64,000 nucleotides of DNA, taken from positions 68,324,001 to 68,388,000 of the forward strand of contig CM060731.1 in assembly GCA_030704615.1 (NCBI GenBank), written 5' to 3'. This document shows positions 34,829 to 45,600 of the stretch, piece by piece. The translations under genes and the position numbers were made by a program. The DNA is from Takakia lepidozioides. Its lineage: Eukaryota; Plantae; Bryophyta. Numbering within the stretch: position 1 is the first letter of the stretch; each line of letters begins with the position of its first letter. Under the pieces are notes generated by a model. That model had not been told where the DNA came from. It ran no database searches and saw only the letters and a program-made list of their open reading frames with translations.

Positions 34829-36915
34829 TTGCATGCATTCCACGCCCCATCGATGTTAGCAGAGTTCGTGCTTTCATGGGACTGACAAACTACTATTGAC
34901 GGTTTGTCAAGGGATTTAGCAGCATTGCAAAGGCTCTTACCAAGTTGACCAAGGTGAGTCAGGAGCGGCATTGGGAGGAGGAGCAGGAGGAAGCCTTTGA
35001 GGAACTCAAGGCTCGATTGACTTCTGCGCCTATTCTGAGGCGGCCTATTCGGGGGCGGTCTTTCCAGCTACATACGGATTGGAGTATGTTGGAGCAGTGC
35101 TCACACATGTGGATGATGAGGGAAGAGAGTTCGTAGTGGCATATGCTAGCCGCTCGAACAATGATGCCGAAGCGAAGTATAGTTCCTATGAAGGGAAGTG
35201 TCTAGCTGCAGTATGGGCAGTGACACATTTTAGATGCTACCTCTATGGCAATCTCTTCACCTTTGTCACGGATCACCAACCATTGAAGTGGTTGATGGAG
35301 TCAGACAAGCTTACAGGGAAGCTTGCACGGTGGGCATTTATGCTTCAAGAATACGACTTCTAGGTGGTGCATCGAGCCGGTATAGTCAATCGGGATGCAG
35401 ATGGGTTGAGTCGTAATCCATGCACGAGCAAGCATGATGATACTGGAGCTCGGTGGCATGGTGAGACGAATGAGGAGATGGTGCCAGGATGGTACGCATC
35501 TGCCTTTTTATGCATTCTAGCAATGGGAGCTCAAGCTGGTCCGTCCCATGCGATTGGTCATAGAGATAGTGTGCATGACGATCCAGAGATCAGTGAGGAG
35601 CTTGGTGGTACTAAGGATGTACATGAAGATGCAGCAGTGTTGGCCTACCTTCGTACTAGAGAGATAACAGCCAGTGTGACTGCTAAGGAGAGAGATCGGA
35701 TCCTACAACAAGCCAAGAGGTTCAAGTGGTAGGGGACTCACCTACTCCAAGTATGGGAAGATGGACGAGTGATGATTGTGCCTCATCCAACACAACGAGC
35801 GCGATTGGTACGCCATGCCCATGAGGAGTTGGGACATTTTGGGGTGCGGCGCACTAATAATTTGTTGCAAGGACAATATTGGTGGCGGGGCATGCACACG
35901 GATGTGCAACAGTTAGTGGCAAGGTGCATGGTGTGTGATAGAGTGCGGGCTTCTTTCAATGCACCTACTCCACAATTGCATCATTTACCCATTATGGGTT
36001 TGGGCTATCATTGGAGTCTTGACTTCGCAGGCCCATTGCCACTAACAATTCGCCATAACAAATATGTGCTGGTGATGGTGGAACATTTCTCCAAATGGAT
36101 TGAACTGGTGGCATTGCCTGACAAGGCAAGTGAGAGGGCTGCATATGCATTCTTAGATCGAGTGCTTAGCCAATTTGGTGCTCCAGCCGAGGTACCAACG
36201 GACTAGGGGAGAGAGTTCTTGGGGGAGTTTTTGGCTTTGTGTGAACAAGCCTTGATAGATCACCGCACTACTTCTCGGAATCCTCCTGAGGCTGATGGCT
36301 TGGCCGAGAGGGTTGTGCAAACAGTCAAACGAGGCTTGCGCAAGTATGGCTTGTAGAAAGGACACTTGGGAGATTGGGACCTTCAGCTACCTTGGTTTGC
36401 CATGGGTTACAGGTTTAGCAAACAAGCATCACTTGCCTCGTTCTCGCCTTATTTCCTTCTCTTTGGCCGAGAGCCAGATTTGTCTGCATCTATTCGAAGG
36501 GAGATTGCAGTAGTCCTCAACCTTGATGATCCGGATGTGTGGACACAAGCATGTGCCCAACGGGCACAGTTGTTCAAGAGTCATGCCTATGGCTTTTGAG
36601 AACCTTGCTATTGCCCAACACCGAGACACATTGAGGTATGCCACTATACGTGGAGGGGGATATCGGCCAGGTGTTCGGCGTTTCCATCCTGGGGACTATG
36701 TGTATTTGCAGTAGACAACGCCTACGACCTTGGATGTCACAGCAGGTCATGTGATTCTAAGGGTCCGGGAGGTGTTGCCTTCAAGAGTGTTGATTCCGGA
36801 GGGTCGAGATGATATGGTATGGAAGGACCATGTGCGCAATTGTGCGCCATGTCACCTTCCACATGTGGATGGGAGGATAGATCCCAACCTTGCAGTGGTA
36901 CCTGCAGGGCTGCGT
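34829..36915 (+). pseudogene. Element A RT end, RNase H and integrase
   Basis: VRAFMGLTNYY*RFVKGF; LHTDWS, VAYASR, YSSYEGKCLAAVWA, TDHQPL; HEELGHFG..YWW..CMVC; WSLDFAGP, TD*G, ADGLAERVVQTVK. Confidence 0.93.
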
Positions 36916-37065
36916 TGCATGCTATGTGGGCATGCTGGTGGTGCCGCGACCATGTTGGTGTGTGACAAATGCTCAAGGGGGTGGCACATGGGGTGCTTGA
37001 CACCGCCACTTGAGGAGGTTCATAGTGGAGAATGGTTGTGTCCACGATGCCTTGGACAGAGATAG
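36916..37065 (+). pseudogene. PHD finger at the C-terminus of element A integrase
   Basis: CMLCGHAGGAATMLVCDKCSRGWHMGCLTPPLEEVHSGEWLCPRC, a complete C4HC3 PHD, in frame with the integrase tail. Confidence 0.93.
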
Positions 37066-37261
37066 TGGGGCATGACAGTGGCGAGGTTGACAAGTGATCC
37101 AAGGTCTAGCTAACGAGAGTTCGATGCCATGGACACCCAATTGAAGCCATGGATTGTAGGAAGGCGAGTAACGATGGGGCTACTTTTGCACCCGGCCTCT
37201 TGATCTATTGACTTCAGATACTGGGACTTGGGCGATTGATGACCAAACAATGAACTTATTG

Positions 37262-37811
37262 GAAGCTACTCGCTTCTCTCTCTAATCATCCTTCGCAGCC
37301 TTTGCACCTTGAGGGCGATTGGGAAAACCTCTATTTGAAGCGGCTGCAGGCTATTCATTCCCCAAGGCATCTGCATCGTTCTCCATCATATGGATGTCGT
37401 CCACCTCACATGAGGGAAGCGGCAACTTTCTTTTCATTTCTGGAGTCTTCTTGCAATCGTCAAAGGCGCAGCTCTGCCCAACACGGCACTTAAGATCTCC
37501 CAACATTGGAGAAACACAAACGAATGGTTTTTAGGGTGTTTGTCCACATAGAGTTTCAACGCCTTTTGCATTTGGTCGTCCTCTGAAGTGTCACTCTCTC
37601 TCAATGCCACTACCTGCCCATACACTCCTACCCATTTGCTCACGTCGTGGCAAATCGTTTGCCACTTTGATTCCAGGCTCTGATATGGCCGCTCAGGCAA
37701 ACCATCATGGCACTTGCAGTTGAAATGAAAACCAACAGTTTTCCAAAATGCTTCGGATTTTTGGCCGTTGCCAGTAATCGGGTCTTGTGACACAGCCAGA
37801 AACGATCTACA
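37262..37811 (-). pseudogene. Harbinger ORF2 (Myb/SANT-like plus NAM-associated), downstream part
   Basis: CRSFLAVSQDPITGNGQKSEAFWKTV..RPYQSLESKWQTI..FVFLQCWEIL..RPQGAKAAK; joins in frame to 49655+ across the CACTA. Confidence 0.85.
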
Positions 37812-38492
37812 CACTAGAAGAAAAACGCAGAATAATCACTGGCCCTTTAACCACAACTGTCTTTTTCCACTCTATAAACCACTAGTAACCACTTGCCAGT
37901 GGTTAATCCCAATGAAATGCCACGGTGGCATCACAGATAGTGGTTGGAAGTGGTTTCAACCACTCAGTAGTCCATGTGTAATAATTTGTTTTTATTTATT
38001 ATTATTTATTTAGTAATACATTTTAATTAATAAATATAAAATTCGACGTGGACGAGTGCAGTGGTAAATTGTGAGTGGTTATAGACACCTCAGTGATGGG
38101 AAGTGGTTGAAACCACTTGCTACTCCACGTGTAATAATTCAAATTTTATTTGTGATTTATGATTTGGAAATATATTTTAATTCATAGATATAATATTCCA
38201 CGTGGACGGGGACAGTGCACGTTGATCTTGAGTGGTTAAAGACACCTCATTGATTTGTACCACTTTGACAGTGGTGGAGAGTGGGTGGTGAAAGATACTG
38301 CAGTAATTGGAACCACTATTCTAGTGGTTGCTCATGAGTGGTTGCCTACAGACAAGTGATTGGTACCACTTTTTGGGTGATACATGAAAAATTTTAAGTG
38401 GTTTGTGCAGCTGTGACAGACTTTGAAAAACAGACAAGTGGCCAGACCATTGTGGCATGATGATATTGAACAAATGGTTCCAACAATAAACT

Positions 38493-41400
38493 TTATTCTG
38501 AATCTGAAACATATTCGTCACCCACTGAATCACTTTGCTCAATTGAAATAGCGGTTGGTTGCACAAACGCCGCTTGAATGGTAGCCAACATAGCCAGGTC
38601 TTCTTTATTTAGAGCCGTGGCACCATCTAATGACCTAGGTATTGGCTGATCTGATAAGGTGGACGGTGCCTGAAGGCCATCGAAATCTGCATTTTCGCCA
38701 ATGTCACATTGATCTATGTCCGCCACAATCTTTTTTGCTCTTGGATCCTTCCGAAGGCCTACCTTCCACTCCGAACTTGGGGACTCATCCGAAAAGAACA
38801 CCTGTTCAACTTGAGATGGAAAGATGAACGGCTGATCATTGGCGGGTAACATCCTCCCAAAATTTGCAAGTAGAAAACCATACGAATCCCGCTTCATTGT
38901 AGCATTTTGTCCAACGAGGTTGGCCCTCACCCAGGCACAACGAAATACAATGGGGTGTACTCATCCATAATCCAATTTGAAGATCTCATTGATGACCCCA
39001 ACGTACTCTAATGGTGACATGGCTGGATTTCTATCACGCACACTATTTCTGCTCTGTTGCTGGAAGACGGATGCAACTCCGGAATCAAAAGAGACAAGAA
39101 GGCGACTCTCTGTGTCATCCACTCAATAATGATTTCCATACGCCTTCAGGCCACGAAATGAAGCTGATCTCAATGAGGGGGGAGTAGACAAATGAATTAC
39201 ATCTGTATCCTCAATACCATGCTCAGAGACATGGGCCTGGACTGCATGGCGTATCCATACCGGTAGGGGTGGAAACTCCAACAAATGGGGAGGGTATGGC
39301 ACTGGAAGGCGGCAGTGACGTCGACGTTTGGCACGCCACTCACGAGCACATGCCTCTCTGTCTGCAGTGAACTGTGCCTTCTCTGTTGCATACTTTCTGT
39401 CACAAAATGGCAACAAGAATGACACATGTTAGCAATGAAGTGTTGCATTACTTTGCAAAAAATACCTAGCATGAATGATACTTTGAAAACCACTGGATGA
39501 GTGAGCAGAATGACTTGTAAATGAATATGCTCTTCCAAAAAGTCACTCACTTGGACATTCAACATCATCACGCAATGAATCTATTTCATTAGGGTCCCAT
39601 ACTTTGGCACAAATCCGGCAGAAAATGCGACTCACACGCATAATGACCCCACGTGGGCCCCCCACCATGCAATGACGAATACACACAGATAAAATCTGTT
39701 GCATTAAAACGTGATAATCATGGGACTTCATACTCGTCAAATGTTTCCTAGACGGGTGTATGTGTTTCTGAAATGCACCTGCAAATCCCGAAGGAGTTTT
39801 GATAGCCCCCAAAGTATCAAGAAATATCGTGATTTCAGCGGGAGTGAGAACATACGGTGCTGCTGGTTTCATGATACGTGAAGGGTTCTGTGGGTCAGGC
39901 CGAAGCCACAAATGACGTCTGATGCCGATTACCTCCATGTCGTTCCTCACCTTCACCGTGTCCTTCCGTCCGAAAATCGTCTTCAACAAGTTTTCACAAA
40001 AATTCTTTTCGCAATGCATGGGATCCAGTAAGTAGCATTGCAACAGATCCTGCAATTGGTGACACCATTTCAGGAACATTCCGACAGATTGCAGTCCTAT
40101 ACAAATCAGATTCCTTTATAAGCACTATATACTTCCATGTCTAAAGTGGCTGTGATGCATGACAATCCCTCCTCAGTGGTTCAAACAACTCCTTTAATGC
40201 ATTATTAGCCTCTCAAGTGATGTCAACAATTTCCTGAGCATCATGGATACTACCTTTTACCACTCCACGAGTTATTAATGTGAAGTCCAAATTATATGCA
40301 GTACTGTTATTTTACCACTCGGAAAGTAAGAAGTAACCACTACAGGGGCACTACCTTTTCCATTTACAAAGAACATTGAACTCAAACAAGTACAAGTGCA
40401 GGGGGTACCTTCCAGTATGGTAAATCCCATAGGTAGCTACGCCTTTTGATACCATGAACCTTGGCTGGATGAACTTCAGCATCAGGAAAAGCACGGGGGT
40501 CAAGGTCATAACCTTCAGCCTCAACACCAGCGGCCTCTTGTTCAACCGGTGTGAACGGATGTGGCTTCGCACGCATCTCCACCTGTCCATTGAAGTGTAT
40601 GCGGTTCCTGCGGTATGGATGGGCCTGAGGGAGGAACCTGCGGTGACCTTGGTAGACAGTTTTGCCCATAACTTTTGAATGTCTTGCATCTACATGAGGA
40701 CCGTATACTAGACACCCTTTGTAGCCTTTTGTGACACATCTTGCAAGTAGGCCATAAGCAGGAAAATCATGGATGCTCCACAGTAGTATGGCGCGTAGTA
40801 TGAAGGTTCTCTCACCAACAGGTTTACATATGTCATATGCCCGAACCCCCCTCCACAAAACAAGTAACTCCTCCATCAGTGGTGCTAAGTACACATCTAT
40901 GTGCTCACTTGTAACTGACTGTTTTCCTAGAATCAAGAGAGTAAGCATGACAAAGAACTTCTTTGTAGTGAGCCAGGGAGGTAGGTTGTATACCAACGTC
41001 AACACTGGCCATATTGACCAGCAATTGTTCTTATCACCAAACGGGTTGACTCCATCGAAGGAAAAACCAAGCCTTACATTGCGAGGCTCTGCTGCAAAGT
41101 CGGGCCAAGTAGCATCAATGTGTTTCCAAGCCTTTGAATCAGCTGCATGGCGCACAAGGCCATCGTTGCTTGCATTCCGACTGTGCCATGTCATTAATTT
41201 TGCAATAGAAGAACATCTATACATACGCAAAAGGCGTGGTATCAATGGAAAATGGCGAAGCACCTTAACAGGTACCTTGGATCTCCCCACATTTTTGAAT
41301 CGGGCGCTTTGACACTTGGGGCAACTCTCTGAAGTTTTCAAGTCCCCCCTAAACAACACACACCCCTTTGGGCAAGCATCAATCTTCTCATAAGCAAGCC

Positions 41401-42099
41401 CAAGCTTGCTCACCATGGTCTTTGCATGGTAGAAAGATGTGGGTAGTACGTTTGGTTGTGGCAACAAGGTTTTCTGCAGCAAAGAGAACATTTCATCCGC
41501 AAAGCCATTTGTAACCCCATGTGTTGCGCATAGATTCATTATAAGCATGGTGGATGCAAGCTTAGAGGATTTACAGCCTTCATACAAAGGTAGACATGCC
41601 TCTTCCAATGAGATGGGATCATCAGTGTGAAAGTCCCCACCCGCAACCGGGTCATGGGCTAAGGAAGGGATGTTCATGTCACCGGGAACATCTAGGTCAT
41701 CTAATTCCACTTCTGCCCCATTTCCAGTTTCAGGTGTGTCTATGATCTGAAAGGTCTCTTGGATCTGCGCTATACCTCAACATTTCTGTCCAATTCTCCC
41801 TGTGTCCGATGATTTGCTAAAGCTACGTCGTCACCAACCACCACGGCCGTGTTTTCCCATTCATCGTCAGAAGCATGCCTCCTTGCTCCTCTCCAGGATC
41901 TGAACGCAGGGGATCTATGATTGGCCATTAGATGTTTTCTCACTCTCTCTATAGAGACCGGTCGTCCACCCTTACAGTGATTGCAAGGGCATCTTAACTT
42001 GTTGAGACCATACTCTCGACACCGCGCAACCTTACGCTGAAAAAGAGCATCGTTGCGCTGTTGTAATCTCAGCACGGCAGCTGCTCTGTTAGGCTCCAT
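38493..42099 (-). pseudogene. CACTA TnpD-like transposase (transposase-associated domain, Transposase_21, DUF4218/DUF4216-like parts)
   Basis: RCPCNHCKG; KIDACPKGCVLF, HFPLIPRL, HAADSKAWK, RNVRLGFSFDGVNPF, IHDFPAYG, LDPMHCEKN, MKSHDYHV, QPFIFPSQVEQVFF; stops and an internal deletion. Confidence 0.92.
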
Positions 42100-42616
42100 G
42101 ATGCTAAGGAATTCCTTTCCTGGTATGAGAGGAGAATCAAGATTAATATACCAAGTCCCAAAAAGCAAGAATTTCAATAATCTATTGTACATCTCTACTC
42201 ATAGAGTTGTAAGGTACCACTTTCTGAGTGGTTGTTTCACACCTCATATTTCAATTTAGAACTACAAAAAGAGTGAGTATGACTCTGAGAGTGTAGAAAA
42301 TGGAAAAAGTTGTCTCTTGTCATCTACAAACCACCTTCTTAGTAATATTCAGAGTGGATTGAATCACTACATGGTGACCTAGCAGACCTTACTTCTAGGT
42401 ACAAGCTATAGTGCTTTAAGATAGGATGTCTTGAAGGTTGTGAGCAGTAGCCCAGCCCATCATATGCATTTGTAGTTAGCACGAAGCCGTTAGCTCGTCT
42501 GTTGTCATGTGCTTATATCTACAGCCTCCTCCATCGCTCAATCTGAATGTGCACTTGTAGGGTTTAGTTAGGCTTAGTCTCTTTTCAATTTTGCTGAAGG
42601 AGAGTGCAGGTTCTAT

Positions 42617-45600
42617 GGCAAAGAGTGAACGCAGCCCAAAACATTTGAACGACGATGGCACTGGAGGCGATTGGGCAAGAGCACCTGGTTCAGCAGAGAG
42701 CGAAAGTGGAGGAGAAGAGGAGTCACTTACCCCAGGAGAATGCGAAGGGATGGTGGAATATGAACGGTATCGTGCTATCAGGGTAGCTGAAAACAAAGCT
42801 TGGTTGTTGGATTGGAGCTCCAAGGGCACTGCATTGTAAGTCGCTGTCTCCCTGCTCGAATACTGTTCATGCGATGATTCCTTCCCTCCTTCATTGCATT
42901 GTTCCCTCCTTCCCTGCACTTGCAATGCGATCGCAACACCTGAGCCGAGAGATGGCCTCCCTTGCGTTGCTTCCACGCAAAATTACGTCTGTTTCATGAA
43001 AGGTAGTTGAGGTCCCAAGAGCCCCTAGAAGACTGCCATGTCAGCAGGATGTAGTGGTTATGGACACTAGTGTAGTGGTTAATATGTACCCTAATTTGTT
43101 TTTAAAAAAAAAACGACGTGTCCACATCCCATCTCCGCCATTGGATGGACGTGGACGGTCGGATGCTGCGCGGCACTTGGACAACCTCATGTCTCTCACG
43201 CGAGCGTACTAAGTGTGTGTGCTTTGCTTTTTGATCTTCCTGGGCTTGTGAGGGCGTTTTGTTGTGAGTGACCCGGGCGATTGTGGGAGAGTAGAGAGAA
43301 AGAGAGACCCCTGCGTACTGCCCGCTATGTGTGGAACGGCCCAGTGCAAAGGAGTACTCGTTTGAGGGAGAGGAGTCTTGTTCACATGGGGGTGGCGGAG
43401 AAGGAGTCCAACGACTTGGAGACCAACCCGGGGGAGGATAGTGGAGCGACTCCTAGTGCTGACTACTCAGCAGAGAGCGAGAGCACGGACGAGGAGGAAG
43501 ACCAGAGTGCTAAGAAGATCGTCGTTCGCATGACTCCTTCCAAGCGGCCCTTAAGGACATCCACCCCAACCAAGGAGGGTAACAAGCTGGCGGTGGGATC
43601 CCTAAGATCCCTTCTGTCTCTGTCTCTATCTCTCTCCCTCTCTCACCCTTAGTTCACATAGTTGTGTCACTATTAACGGACAGAAGTCCAACTTCTTTGA
43701 CATAGACCAAGGTGTAGCTCAAGGATGTACTCTCTCCCCTCTGCTCTTCAATGTTTTCATCAATCAACTCCTCGAGGATGTGGAAAGTGAGGGATTTAGG
43801 GTTAAGGGTGGGTGATACCACCATACCAGCCCTTATGTTTGCGGATGACTTCGCAGGCATAGGAGAGACTCCAACCAATCTCTAGGAGTTGATTGATTGC
43901 GCGAAGAGATACTTTGAACTTTGGGGGCTAGAGGCTAATGTCAGCAAATGTGCAGTGGTAGCATTCAACGACAGAGGAGAGGGAGGAAGTGATCTTAAGT
44001 GGCAGTGGGATACCCAAGAGATCCCGGTCCACCCTAAACCCTACACTTACCTGGGCGTTCAGTTTTCCTCCAATTGTAATTGGGATGCACATATCCGGAA
44101 AGTTGTTCAAACTGGCAAAGGCAAAGGTCTGGGGCTCACTAAATTTTTCCACTGCATAGGGGTCAACTCTGAGGTTTAAAAAACCATGCTTTGTTACGTT
44201 ATTAGACCTGCATGGAAGTACGAATCTGCTATATGGGTTGATAACTCCAACCAGGCTAAGTCTGTAGAATCCATTCAAGTGGGGGTGCTTAAGGAGTGTA
44301 TGTCAGCATGCTCCAAAACAGCCAATGTGGCTGTTCGGGGTGAGTTTGGCATTCCGTCCTTAAGCTCCCGACGACATGAATTCAAGGTCAGATGGTGGGG
44401 TCAGCTGCAACATATGCCCAAGACCAGATATCCTAAGTTAATCGACTCTATATCTTGGAAACAGGACCGCCCTGTCAAACAGGCTAAGTCCTGGTAGAAG
44501 AGAGTAGAAGAGATTCTCAAGGACCTGGACCTGGATCCCCAAGTCTTGACCCTGCTGGATAAATCTGACTTAGAGGCTGTAGTGTCCAAAGCCATGTCTG
44601 TTGCCATGAGATTGTCTGATGAGAATGAAGTTAGGCAGAGAAAACTTCCCTGAATTTGTTTCCAGTCAGTGACATGGGGGAAGACATCTTGGATGACCTC
44701 AAGGGTCTACCCACTCTCGGCACTAGACTGAAATTTAAACTCAGGGCAGGAAGCCTACCTTTGAACAGCTAACAGAAGCAGAGAGGAAAGGGAGAGTGCA
44801 ATTGTCTGTTGTGTGGGCAATCTGAAGACAATATTCATTTTCTGATACACTGTCCGGGGTTCTCTCACCAAAGAGACGCTCTCTTCAAATCTATTAAGGG
44901 AATTGTGCCTGTACCCCTGTTTACCAACTTTGAAAGTCTCGAGGCTGAGCCAAAAGCCCAGGCCCTCCTGAGGCCTAGTTTTTGGGCAAATCACACACAG
45001 CAGATTGATGCTTGTGTGAAGGGATTTCTAGAGGATATCTGGAAAACCCAGATTAATTCTTTATATGAAGGTAAGTCTTACTACCAACGTCAGCCCCTGA
45101 CACAAGTAGGTTCTGTTCCTTTTGTTCCCGCTCAAACTGGGCGCGGGGGTCAATGGCCACAAGGCTACGGCAAACAACGTCTTTTGAGTACAATCTCACC
45201 CTTGAGATCCAGGTTTTGAGCCTGGTTCCGGAGATTTATCTCCAGACCTACAATCAGCTTTTGTGATGAGTTTACAATCTGCATATATGGTGGTAAATGT
45301 TATATATCAAACCTTGGTTCTTTCCTAAATGTGAATGACTTGGAAACTTTGTTAGAAAGATGAATGGCTTACGAGTTGGACTATGTATGGCTTGACTGCT
45401 GGATTAAATTTCAAAGGGTTAGAACATGTGTTAGGGTTTTATACTGAATGGATGTGGGACATTGCTAGGGCGCCAGAGCATGACATTCCATACATTCACG
45501 CCATTGGATGCCAAACTTTTCTTGGCACGTTGGGCCAAGGTTTGTATGCGTTCATGAACTGCCGACCTTGCTCGTTGCCCGGTTGGCCTTATTTTCCATC

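Larger units (their letters stand above)
6619..37065 (+). mobile_element. Gypsy LTR retrotransposon A (gag-PR-DNMT-RT-RH-INT-PHD), decayed and split by elements B and C; coordinates give the coding span, LTRs not resolved
   Basis: The reading frame rejoins across both insertions: FWYGIL|DKELRRRV at the CCTGG TSD, and EAIACIP|RPIDVSRVRAFMGL at the 14-bp TSD. Domain order RT-RH-INT indicates Gypsy. Confidence 0.9.
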
